Source: Daphnia carinata
Taxonomy: Eukaryota
DNA length: 64,000 nucleotides
Reading direction: 5' to 3'
Assembly (NCBI RefSeq): GCF_022539665.2
Contig: NC_081332.1
Coordinates: 7,378,001-7,442,000, forward strand
Position 1 is the stretch's first letter, and each line of letters opens with the position of its first letter. Below the pieces are notes generated by a model. The model saw only the letters and a list, made by a program, of their open reading frames with translations. It made no database searches and had not been told where the DNA came from. Made by a program: the position numbers and the translations under genes. This document shows, in pieces, positions 50,938-63,031 of the stretch.

Positions 50938-51531
50938 TCAATCCTTCTTACAAAATCTGCAACGGTAGGCCGGGTTCCAGTCTTCTGGAAACCAACCATA
51001 AAGGGGTGGACTTCGATTTTCGGGATCTAGATCCAGAATCTTCTTCAGCTTGAGCACTGCTTTTTTCCAGTTTTCTTGGCGGATATGGAGTTGTAGCTCC
51101 TCCGCCAACTCCCTTGTCCGTCGACGCATTTCTCTGTTGTAGCGGCGCTGCTCCCGACGCCAGTTAAATTCGTTTTCCGAGTCCTGTGAATGAGCACCTG
51201 GGCTTCGATAATTATCCCACATCTCATCCCACAGTTTTTCATCGTCGTCTCTTTTCCTTTTCTCGTCCTTAGTCAATATTGGCTGTAGAAATTCTTCCAC
51301 GGCCTTCTCCCGCCGTATCTCCTTTTCTTCGTCAGTTTCTAACTCTCCTTCTTCTTTTGTCCCGTGACGTTTGGTCGCCGGTTCCTCGTTACCGGTGAGT
51401 GGATTAGATGTCGTCGCCACTTCGATGGTTTGGGCGATGTCCCACTGGTTCAGTTCCACCGCGCTGCCGGAATCCATGTTGGAATCAAGATCACCAAACA
51501 CAACTGTTGAATATCTGTCACTGTATGTCAT
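50938..51531 (-). CDS. Provirus B accessory ORF-a, 197 aa (acidic/basic N-terminus; TPR-like hairpin + CxxC)
   Basis: Sense-strand ATG ORF just after pol; ends WKKAVLKLKKILDLDPENRSPPLYGWFPEDWNPAYRCRFC. Confidence 0.72.
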   Translation of the reverse strand: MTYSDRYSTVVFGDLDSNMDSGSAVELNQWDIAQTIEVATTSNPLTGNEEPATKRHGTKEEGELETDEEKEIRREKAVEEFLQPILTKDEKRKRDDDEKLWDEMWDNYRSPGAHSQDSENEFNWRREQRRYNREMRRRTRELAEELQLHIRQENWKKAVLKLKKILDLDPENRSPPLYGWFPEDWNPAYRCRFCKKD

Positions 51532-51583
51532 GGGCTTATATAGTCCCTTCTAACCGTAAGAGAGCAGCCAAGAGAGATTCATA

Positions 51584-54500
51584 TTAAAATCCATATCGAA
51601 TAGGCTTCCTGCGATTTCTTTGTGGGCGTCCGGTGTTCGCGACTGTTTCAGGTGCATCCTTTTCCAAATTTTCTTGCAAATTTTCAGATTGTATCTCATT
51701 TGGTGGACACTTTTCCGGCGTGTCTTTCGCACAATTTTCAGAATCGTGTGAATCCAGATGAATGACCTCCATCTTCGTCGATTGTTCAGTCGAATTCGTA
51801 TTTTTTTTTCGTCGCGAGAGTTCTCGCCTCTTTTCCGGTGTGTATTTTCAAGTCGTCGCCAAGAAGTGTAGTGTTTACATCAGGAGAAGGGTTTACAATT
51901 TCTTGGATAACATACAAATCATCAACTTCATCTATAGGCTTATCCAGATTTTCTGATTCATCAATTGTTTGAGTTGAAATTGTTTTACGAAATCGATTCT
52001 CAAACTCAGAAGACGATTCAAATGGAGGACAATGCTCGGTCTTCCAAAGCATTGTTTCATATAACGGTTTTAATCTGTTAACGTGAGTACGTTGACAGAT
52101 ATAGGAATTATCTGCTATATCTACTGTATTATTAGAATATACCTTAACTATCCTATACGGCCCTTTATATTTAGAAGTGAATTTCTTACAGTCCCCATCT
52201 TTAACTACACGAATATCAAATAACACTCTATCGCCCACAGCGTACCGCTTTTCCTTTGCACGTTTGTTATATTGTTCCCTCTGGCGCTCCCTAGCTTTTC
52301 CGCTTTCTTCCCTAACCCTTTGGAAACTATATCGCAAACGTTCCGCTAAATTACCCACATAATCAGAAGAAGATTTAAAAGTTTTTGGGGACGCATCCAG
52401 AAATTCATTAATTGGAATATTCGGGTCCCTACCATGCAGCAAATAATAAGGGGTGTCAAGTGTTGACGCGTGCACTGAACTACGATATGCAAATAATACG
52501 TCGTCTAACATATCCTCCCAATTGGAATGTTCCCCATCCCTTAATTCTTTCCTTAACATTGTTGTTAATGTTCTATTAAATCTTTCGGTCTCCCTATTAC
52601 TGGCTGGATTATATGCAGTCGTTAATCTTTGATCGATCTTTAATTTTTTGCAAAAATATCGAAATAATTTTGACGTGAAATTTGTTCCACGATCAGATAA
52701 AATAGCTTTCGGCATCCCATGACGGACAATAATGGTTTTATATATACACTCAGCTGTTGTTAACGCAGTTTGATCTTTTAAAGCGACAGCTTCTACCCAT
52801 CGGCTGAAATAATCAGTAATAACTAAAATATAATTATTTCCGTTAGGCGAAATCGGAGTGATAGGCCCTAAAAAGTCCATTCCAATTACTTGAAAAGGAG
52901 CTTTGGCGACTTCATGAGGGTGCAAAACTGCTCTATATGTAGAGGAAGTGTTAGCTATACATATTTCGCAAGCTTGGCAATACTCTTTAATATTGCCCCT
53001 CATGTTAGGCCAATAATAATGGTTTTTTACTTTTAAATACGTCTTATAAAATGCTAAATGCCCTCCCATCGGTGCGTCATGTAATTCCTTGAGCACTAGA
53101 TGGCGGAGCTCTACAGGTAACACTAATTGATAATTTACGTCGCTGCGCTTGCTATTTGACAAAGGCAACTCATGCCGATAAAGAGTACCTTCGATGACTT
53201 CAAAATATTCAATTTCTTTTACCCAATCTGGCCTAGCTTGTTGAAAAATTTCATCCAATTCTCCTTTCTCCAAATAATTCCTAATAGCTATACAAAGTTC
53301 ATCTTCTAATTGTTTCTCACAAGTAAACTTAATATTTTTCCCAGTTTGAATACTCGCCACCTTTAAACGTGACAAACAGTCAGCATTTTGGTGAATACGA
53401 CCAGGCCTATACTTTAACTCATAATTGGTCGCAGCTAACAATATAGCCCATCGTCCTAATCTCCCATTGTTATCTTTTTGATCCTTAAGCCACTGTAGTG
53501 GACGATGATTACTAATAATCTCGAATGGCTTATCCAAAAGATAATGTCGAAAATGTTTAATTGCATCAATCACTGCTAAAGCTTCTTTCTCTGTAGTGGC
53601 ATATTTCATCTCAGCTTTTGTTAATTGTCTACTAGAATACGCTATCGGATGTTCGTGGCCATTTTGTATCTGCGAAAGTACCGCTCCTATTCCATAATCA
53701 CATGCGTCTGTGAAAAGTAAAAATTTTTCATTGAAATTGGGGTAAACTAATACTGGGGGCGTAACGAGAGAAGTTCGTAATTTTTCAAAGGCATTTTGCT
53801 CCTCAGTACCCCAAACAAAAGGTATTTTGCTAAGGTCTTTATGAGTTAATCGGGTCAATGGCTTAGCTATTGATCCAAAATTTTGAATGAATCTCCTATA
53901 ATATCCGGCTAATCCCAAAAATGATCTTACTTCGTCTACAGAAGAAGGTGTTTTATAATTCACTATTTTATCGATTTTCCCTGGATCTGGCTTAATTCCC
54001 TCAGTCGAAATGACATGGCCTAAATAATTTACCGATCGTTTAATAAACTGGCATTTTTTAAGTTTTAATTTTAAATTTGCATCCTGTAGTAGTTGAAAAA
54101 TTTCCCGAATATCCCTCAAATGGTCCTCGAAATTATCCGAAAAGATTATTACATCATCCAAATAAACTAATGCCTTACTTCCCAAAACGTCTTTCAGTAC
54201 ATAATTCATTAGTCTTTGAAATGTGGCAGGTGCATTGCACAAGCCAAATGCCATACGCTTAAATTCGTATAGATTATTTTCTACAACAAATGCTGTTTTT
54301 TCTATAGCTGGCTCATCTACCTGAATTTGCCAATATCCCGCAGCTAAGTCGAGAGTAGTAAAAAATTTCTTCCCATACAATTTATCCAATGTTTCATCTA
54401 TCCTTGGCATAGGAAACGAATCTTTCTTTGTGATACTATTTAATTTCCAATAATCGACGCAAAACCTGACTTCTCCACCTTTTTTCTCAACTAAAACCAC

Positions 54501-55574
54501 AGGTGAAGCCCATGGCGAATGCGAGTATTGAATTACATTCGCATCAAGCATTTCCTGTACCTTATCCTCCAATAATTTTCTTTGATTATTTGTAACTCTA
54601 TATGGGCGTTGTCGGATAGGGCCTCGTCCCTGTGTATCAATTGTATGTTTTATAAGATCTGTGTTGCCTAATTCTGAATCTTTTGCAGCGAACAAGTCGT
54701 GAAAGTCATTTAATAATTTAGCGAGCTGTGTTTGAAATTCGGGGTCGACCTCCGGAATTACAATAGGCTCTTTTACTACGTTAGGCCTGTCCTCAACTTT
54801 ATTTAAAGAAATTTTTCCGATCGTTCGAGTAGTAGCTTCGATGCCACCTAACTTCGTACCCCTGGGGATTTTGACTTGATTTAACGAATGATTTTCAACT
54901 AGAATATTATATTTTCCATCTCTCGATACTTTTCCTACGAACTCCTCAATAAAAACGCCGGCCGGCAAATCTTCTGCTGGGGTAAATATAAAAGCTGTAT
55001 TCGGCGGAACAAACGGAAATGACCCTTTCATTTGCGCGGCAATTACTAGCGACGTCTGACGAGATAACGTCGTCTTTTTGACCGAAGTAACTGCCATGTC
55101 CGGAATGCTAGAAATAGCTGATCCCTGCTTATCTCTTGCTAAATAAATGCTCTTGGCTTCTCCATCAAGCCGAAATCCGTGTTTCTGGATTGCGTCCCAT
55201 CCAAGGATACAGTCCTCAGAAACACCATTTGTAACAATAAACTCTTGTTCCAAAACTGACTCTCCGTATCGCACGGGCAAAGTAACGCTCCCCAGCGTAT
55301 GTAATTTTTTCTCCCCTACATCGTATAAATCAAAATCAAGTTGACTGCAGATCACTTGACCTCTTTGGGGTAATTTCTTAAATAATTTCTCATGAATAAT
55401 ACTCTTAGACGCTCCTGTATCGAATAATGCTTGAAGTGGGATCTGATGAATTTTCAATGGAATTCTCGGTGTCGATTCATTCGTTATGGTTGTTAATTTT
55501 GCGACTTGTCGGGATTTACACGGAGGCTCCCTATCAACTGACCCGAAGTTACAGTTGATACCTATTGGTTTCCC
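51584..55574 (-). CDS. pol: pol of provirus B (PR-RT-RNaseH-IN), open for >1200 codons; IN tail shifted at a homopolymer ~51805
   Basis: LFDTGAS, YLDD, FTDACDYGIG, HDAPMGGH...CEIC, MDF/SDRG/ETER and GPY motifs. The tail RPQRNRRKPIRYGF* lies in 51584-51772. Confidence 0.95.
55532..55574 (-). promoter_or_regulatory. -1 programmed ribosomal frameshift signal (G GGA AAC + stem-loop)
   Basis: GGGAAAC, a 7-nt spacer, then a TATCAACTG-(11 nt)-CAGTTGATA hairpin. The -1 frame is open into pol. Confidence 0.85.
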
Positions 55575-58356
55575 TGGTTCGGAGGCGGACTTGGAATGTT
55601 AGGCCTACTCTGGTTTTTTGCCTTTGTACAGTTGTTTGATTTATGGCCAATTTCCCGACATGAATAGCATATTGGTGGCTGAGCTTGTTCTAAACTTTGC
55701 CGTTGATATTTGTAACAATTTGTCTGCGAATGACCCTTATATCCACAAAAATTGCAAATCAGCTGTGGCTGTGTAGGCTTGTGGTGAGAATCACCAGCTG
55801 GTTTTGAAACAGGGGTTTTATGAGCTGTAGGCCTATCCGGGAATTTATTGAAAGATTGTGCGCCATTATTATTGTTATTCTGCTGCGGAGGTCTCCAATT
55901 CCTATCCTGGTTACTGTCACTAGTTTGGAACGAAACTTGCTTCTTATACGGTGCGCTTGATACGTTTTTATCAAATTGCAATTGCCTTACCGCTTGCGTT
56001 AGCTCAAGAAGTGCGCCCTTAATTTCCTCCTTTTCAGTTTTTGGGTCATCGACTTGTTTGCTTCCCTGTCTGATATTTGCTACGGCATTTTTGACGAATT
56101 CTTTTTGCTCCAATATTATTTCCTTTAGTTCTTTTAATTCTGCATCTTTGGTGTCAGGAGGCTCAGTCACTGCCCTAATAAAATCATGTTTTTCCCTATC
56201 CGTTTCCATGGCCTCCAGTCGCAATGCATACATTCGTGTCGCCGAAATAAGATCATTAAAATTTTTAAATTCTTTATATTTAACTTTCGATTGTAATTTG
56301 GAATCCAACCCCTCTATAAATTTTTGCATAAGAATTATAGCAAAAGATGCTTCTGAATAGCCTACAGGATATGCGCGTTTGAAAATTTCCTGCAAACGAT
56401 GAGCATATTCTATAATCTTTTCCCCTGGCTTACGCTTAGCTTTATTAAACTTCTTTTGATAAAAGTCAGCATTTTCGTCACCATGAAAATGATCAAGAAG
56501 AGATTCTTTAATTAAAGCATAGTTGTGAGGATGACCCTTCAAGGTTGCCTGAATAATCGAGAAAGCTTTATCAGCCAATTTTGCCCTTAACATCTGAATA
56601 ATTTTCCCCTCAGACCAACCTGATCCTTCTACTATACTTTCAAAAGATTCTAACCAGGAGTCAAAACGCACAAGGGGATTTCCAGAAAAAGAAGGAAGTA
56701 GCTGTAAACGGGAAAAAGTGTGTTGATTATTTTGGAAATCGTTCAAATCATCGACTATGGCCGCTCTTGATCGAGAACAAGATTCCGCCATGTTTGGATT
56801 AAATTTTAAAAAATTCAAAGCTCTTCCCTGGGAATTCTGAGGGTGTTCTGAAATGTCGTTCATAATTGCCTTAAATTCCCCTGCGTTGTATCCGACTGGC
56901 TGGGTGGGTGGGCTCGAGGACAGGGTAGAGGGTACGTAGGACAGTGTAGGGTTTGTGACTGATTGAAATGATAGTTTCTTCTGCGCGACCGTTTCCTCTT
57001 TGGAATGCTTCCCGACAGCGGCGATGTTTGTTGGATTGGCGTGCTTTGTTGCTGCGTTGGTCTCGTTTGTATGAACGTCAGCGATTGTCTCAACTTTTGT
57101 TCCGTTTGCGTGATTATTGGCTTGATGTCGCTCGCCTGCTGTGCGAAGAACGGGTTGTTGGCTTCCGGAAAATTGTTCAGTTTGTCCAAAAGGAATATGA
57201 TTTCCGGCTGTAGTACCTCCAAATTGTTGATGAGTTGTAGTTTCTTTAGGTATGCCGCTAGGTTGGCTACTTCCTTTAGGAACGTTCGTTGGGACGCCAG
57301 CAAGATCTCTTCCAGATGAAGGGATGTGTCGCTCACTTTGGTGATGATTTCCACGTATCTCCCTTCCTCGTCTCTGTCGGTGATGTCCCGTCTTGGAACG
57401 AAGCCGAATAGTTCTCGCTTTGTTGTTGGTGTGACCACTTGAAGGTCTATTATGTTGTAAATTTGTCCGTGTAGGCAAGTCAGAACCTGTCTCGCGTGTC
57501 GTGTGAAAATTTTCTTGAGCTCCGTCACAATTTCCTCCGTCTGCTTCTTCGTCTTCTTCGTGATCGGTACACTGGCTTTCACCTCCAGAATGGATGTCAG
57601 ATACTTCAGAAGTGTCTTCGGTTGTTTCCAATCCGTTAGTGTTGTTTGGCGTCGTAATTCCTCTGAATGTTGCGCATCAACACGACAAGATGATCCCAGA
57701 TTTTTGGGTCGCTCGATTGGAAGTCCTTCTCCCTCTCCTTGAGGCTCTTGATGGCTAGCAGTAGGAACGGTAGCTGGCTGTTCGGTAGTTGGAAGATGCT
57801 GTCCCCTTTCTTCTTGATCTCTTGGAACAGGTGCTGAAGGTTGACGTTGAGCTGGTCTTCCATTGGTTGTCTTCTTTTTTGCAAACAAACCCGAGACTTG
57901 TTCAAAAAAAGCGTTTGTTGGGGAAGTGTTTGTGGAAACGGTTTTCTTGGGTGAAAGACGGTTTACTAGTTGGGCTATGAAGGAAGGAGAATTTTTTACG
58001 GTCGAGGTATCAGCTTTACTTTGAGCTCGTGGTTTGCGAACGTTTGAAAGGTCTACTGGCTTTACTAACTCATACGCAGAGTTCGATCTTAACTTTCTTA
58101 GCTGGGGATTATTCGGAATTGCACTAGGCTTCAAAACAGGAGAGGCAGATTTCCTGATAGTTTCTGTTGCTTTTCTCGAGGTTTTATTACCCGTAAACTT
58201 ATCAGATCCAGCAAGATTTGAAGTGGAAGTTTTATCAAAATTAAGGGTTCTGGCTACACCTTCATCAATTTGAATAACTGGCTCAATAGGACTTTTAATA
58301 GTGGATACAGGTGTGCGAGAAAGTTTATGCTTACTAGAAAAAATATTATCCGTCAT
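55562..58356 (-). CDS. gag: gag of provirus B (one frame break near 57000)
   Basis: ATG at 58356; LPSFSGNPLVRFDSWLESFE capsid region; zinc knuckles CNFCGYKGHSQTNC and CYSCREIGHKSNNC. Confidence 0.85.
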
Positions 58357-61300
58357 TGTGAGTGAGTTCGATAGATCGCTAAAAATATTCCCATAAATAA
58401 ATGGGAAACGGAAATACAAATGGAGTCAGGTGAGTCTAGTCTTACCGTCACCGCCGTGGCAAAGATGGAATAAAGATGTCAAACGTTGAAAGAGAAAAGA
58501 TAAGACAGACGGAACTTGTCAGGCACACAAGAAGCGATGAAAGTACTCACAATAATTATGGAATGAGTAACAAAATTGAACTCACTATATTTGAAGAAAT
58601 AGACAGCACTTGTAGCACTAAGAATGAGAACTGGAACTGGAAATAACTGAAGGGCTGAAGAGAACTGTAGGAGTATAGAACTAACTTTTGGGAACAAAAA
58701 GGGCATCCTTTTATACGTTTTACAGGCTTAAGGGAACATAGCATTTCCGACAAATGAGCTCCGGATGTCGTACGCAGGAACATTTCATATTCACGGAAAT
58801 GCATGGCGCGACTTCCTACTCATGCAGATTCATCCAATCGGAAATAAGTAGAGCACAAGGTACAATATAAAAATAGAATTCAACGAAAGGGCAACAACAC
58901 TTGAATTATGATATCTATAAGAAATAAAGACAACGGATATAATATATAATCATATTAATAAAACAAACAATCAAAACACAATATAATTCAATAAAAATTG
59001 TATTTTATGACTTCGTTACAGTAATGACGTTCATGTTTTCCACGTCGGCCAGCTGGAGGGGCAAGTACGGCCGAGCGCCATCGTATAGAAAGTGATTTGG
59101 CGTAAAATGATCAGGATCTTCGGGATCCATGCTTAAGTGCGTTAACGGCCGGCCATTTAGCAGAGCTGCCACTTCAACAACGACGGTCCGTAGTACTTGG
59201 TCTGTGACTAGGCAATTACCTATGCTGGTTTTCATTGCCCGCTTACAGGATTGTACAATCCTTTGCCGAGTGGGAACATCACTCAACATCACCGAAGTGG
59301 GACCTTCGTGAAGCGAAGTGCCATTCTACTTTTTGACAGGCCATCATCGTCTGAAGCTCTTCGTATTTAGTAACAAGTTCTTCCAAAGCCTGTCGCAACT
59401 CCTGCTCGGCAGCAACAAAGTTTGTTCCATTGTCACTGTAAAAAACCCTCGGTTTTCCGTGCAGGCTGACAAAACGAGAAAAACAGAGTAGGAACTCCTC
59501 CATACTGAGCCCGTTGGCTATTTCCAAGTGGATTGCTCGTGTCATCAAGCACGTGAATAGGCTAACCCAACGTATTTCAATGTCGTCTTCCTCCTCCATC
59601 GTCTCGTACAGTTAAAGGTCCAAAGTAATCGACCCGGTGTACGTGAACGCGGGCAGATGAGTTGTTAAACGGTGGACTGGTAGTGAAGCCATCAACGGAG
59701 GGCTAGGCTTCGACGACGTGCATTTGCAAAGCCAGCAATTGTTGATTACGGATTTTACCACCTTGCGTCCAGAAAGTATCCAATAGCGTGAACGGAGGTC
59801 AGTCAATAATCTCTCTGTTTTGACGTGCAGATGTCTTATGTGATAATCCCAAACTATTCTCCGTGTTAAAAGTTGCGTCGCTGGTAGGAGTATGGGGTGC
59901 TTAGCTGCATAATCTATTGGCGCGTGAAGTATAGGTCCGCCTATTCGCAACTCTCCGACTTCATCCAAGAAGGGCTTGAAGGTGCGAAGCTTTGATCTGA
60001 GTGGCAATTCTAGATTCTTGCGTAGGGGCGTAGAATTCTCCAGCAAAGGCCGATTCCTGTGCACGTATGATGCATACTGTCAGCGTTGTTACTATTTCTT
60101 CTAACGTTAACTCTCCGACAATGGGTTTTTCTCCACATAATTTGGCTCGAGCGTTGTTGGAAAATCTTTGATTCCAGGCCAACACTCGTTGAAGTTTCAA
60201 CAAGTTGGAAAAACGTACAACACATCGATTGATGACGTGGTTTTCATCTTCCGTTTTGACTGCCAAGATAGGAATCACGTTTACATCCCGTTCTTCTGGC
60301 TCCGTATTTTCTTCCCAAATGTGCCACTCTGAGGGGTCTAGGTTCAGGAACAGAGGTCCTCTGTGAAAGTTGACCAACTCGTTGACATCCTTTGGGCCGA
60401 TACTTCTACTGCAGAGGTCCGAAGGGTTTAAGCCTCCAGCAACATGATGCCATTGTCGGTGACCTATGTTCCGGAGTATTTTACCGATGCGGTTGTTGAC
60501 GAAGACTTCAAATCGTCAGGTTTTTGTAATGGATCCACCGTAGCACCGTTCGTGAGTCCGTGTGGAAAGTCACTTGTCGCAAGTCGATTTCTAGTTCACG
60601 ACAAATCGTGAGGTCGATGCTGAGACCTTCTATTGCATTCATCAGCGTGACGTATGTTTTTGACATAACGAACTACACGTTGATGGACTGATTCTCGAAT
60701 ACGGTACGGAAATAGGCTACTGCTCGGTAACCTTTGGAGCTTGCATCCGTGAAGACGTGGAAGTGCTGTGGAGTCCAATGTCCGCGTTTGAAACGGAAGC
60801 ATCTCGGAACCGAAAAAGACTCTAAATTTTTCAGATGGTCGTACCAGCAATAGAAACGTTGCCTCAATGTTTCAGGTAAGACGTCGTCCCAACCAATCCG
60901 TTCTTCGTTTGTCCAGATGTCTTGGAGCAAAGACTTCATTATGAAGACAACAGGTGCAACCATTCTCAGCGGGTCGTAGACACTAGAGATGATGCTTAGG
61001 AAGGCTCGCTTGGTGAGGGTTTCGTTGTTCGACGGCTTCCGAATCTAGAACGTCAGCATATCTCTCTCTCTGTCCCACATTACTCCAAGCGTTCTTTCAA
61101 CGGGGAGTTTCTCCAAGTCCAGATCCAGGGTTGGTGAAGCGAGGCCGCATTCTCGTAACGCTGCTATCACCGTTCTCGTTGACGACGTCCATTTTGTCAA
61201 GTTGAACCCGCCTAACTGAAGAAGAGATTTCATCTGGCGGGACCGTTTGACTGCCTCGTCTTCAGAGTCGAAGAAGTCGGAGTAATTGTCGACGTAAAAC

Positions 61301-62680
61301 TTCCGTCGAACACTATCAACTACTTCTGGAAACTGGTCGCGGTGGTCATCGGCCGTTCGGTTGAGCCGAAGATGCAGGTCATCCGAGAGCATATCGCTCC
61401 AAATACGTGAACAGTTATCTGATACGTTAACGGGGCTGGAGAACTGCCGGGCGTCCGGTAGATAAATCGGAAAGCCGTTTGGTCTTCTTCGGGAACTTTC
61501 ACTTGGTGAAACATTTTCTCGTTGACCGCTCCGACTGGTATGAGGTTACGGCGGAAGCAAACGAGTAGGTTAGGTCCTCGAAGCAAATTTTGGCTTATCG
61601 ATGTGCCACCGAACTCAGCAGCTCCATCGAATACAACACGGACTTTGGTCGATGAACTGGATGGGCTCACGACCCCGTGGTGTAGTAGATACCACGTCTT
61701 GCTCGTCTCCGTCCGTGCTTCTTGGGTCGTGAGAAGTCGGGCATGTTTCAAGTCGATGTACTCCTTGACTACTGCATCGTACTTTCGAGCAAACTCCATG
61801 TCTCAATGAAAGCGTCGCTCGAGAGCGTAGAGCCTCTTCAAGGCAGACGACCGATTGTTCGGGAGGTTTACGTCGTTGGTCTTCCACATTAAGCCGACTT
61901 GATACCGATTACCAATACTCTTTACTGAAGATTCGAGGATACGTTTTCCTCGTAGATCATCTTCGGATAAAATGGGCTGATCTACTTCCACTTCTTTTGC
62001 CTCAAGTTTCCAGAATTTCATGACCAACTCGTTTAGGCCTTCGGGACGTTCCTCGGTGGTCACATGAGTGATGAACGGAAGTCCGTCTTGTGTCGAGCCC
62101 GTTTGTCCACCCAGACACCAGCCAAACGGCGTCTTAAAGCCGATGGGCCCAGTCGTTCCAGCCAGCGGCTTGATGGAAGCTACATGATCATGGGCCTCTG
62201 CGACGTCGATTCCTATCAGCACGGTCACGTCCTCTTTTGAACGGTCGGGACGTCAATACCACGTAGGTGTGTCCATGACTCCCACTGTCGAGGGTCGATC
62301 GGCGAATTCGGCGTCACCTTCAAGTTGTCGACGAGTTAAGCGTTCTTGACTTCAAACTGGTTTTTACCATCACGAGATGCTAGGGCGAAGTTTACTACGG
62401 AAGCCGCGACGATAGACGTGGCTCCGTTATACGAGACAACGGTGATGCGTTTAGACGGCCCAACAAGTCCCAACTTCTTTACCAAGTCGCTCCTAATCAG
62501 CGTGGTGTCACTTCCGGTATCCAGGAAACCGAAGTGTCGACCCATGTTTTACCAGCTCTAACACGAACCGGTACGATCTTGAAACGTACACGTCGGTTTA
62601 CTGTTTCTAAATGGGTTAAAGTCCCAAGGGATGCAGTCGATGGTGGCACTGGTGGAGCAGCTAACCTCCTCAATGGGATG

Positions 62681-63031
62681 TGTTGCGTATCTCAACTGAG
62701 AGAGTAGCAATAGCTTAACAGCCAGTCTTTGAGCCCTGACTTTCCTGGTTTCACAATTAGAAAACTGAACTAAGATTTGGAATTCTTTATTGAACAAACC
62801 AAGGGGGGGTTTCGACGTGAATGTCAACTGGCAAAGGGCAAAAAGAAGACTTCAAAGTTACTAATCAACAGCCCTGAAAGGAACTGTAATGGCAACTCAA
62901 ACTTAAAACACAATCTGATTCAGTCGAATTATATGTGCTTCCAAGAAGACACAGACGGGGAACCAAAAGAAAATCGAACGAGTACGGGAGCCCTCTAGGG
63001 AGTCTTGCCTCCACCGATCAAATCGGTGACA
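62681..63031 (-). mobile_element. Solo LTR (BEL-type, 351 bp) inserted between gag and protease of BEL-C
   Basis: Minus strand TGTCACCGATTTGA...GATACGCAACA with internal AATAAA; perfect 5-bp TSD GGATG at 62676-80 and 63032-36. Confidence 0.88.

Larger units (their letters stand above)
45398..59020 (-). mobile_element. Env-bearing Ty3/Gypsy LTR retrotransposon (provirus B), 13.6 kb, with accessory ORFs
   Basis: 3' LTR 45398-46174 (777 bp) and partial 5' LTR 58397-59020, with ~3 differences. TSD GTAG/GTAA; removing the element restores the BEL-C IN frame (NVITKQFLQSQAIL). Confidence 0.96.

Noticed and set aside
56860..57631. Long overlap between ORF 56860-58419 and the gag ORF (and 21475-21886 in provirus A) as an overprinted gene
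   Set aside because: More simply explained by 1-nt frame breaks in one long gag on a stop-poor, A/C-rich strand; a single shift near 57000 (SIPK|EETVAQKK) joins the frames in B.
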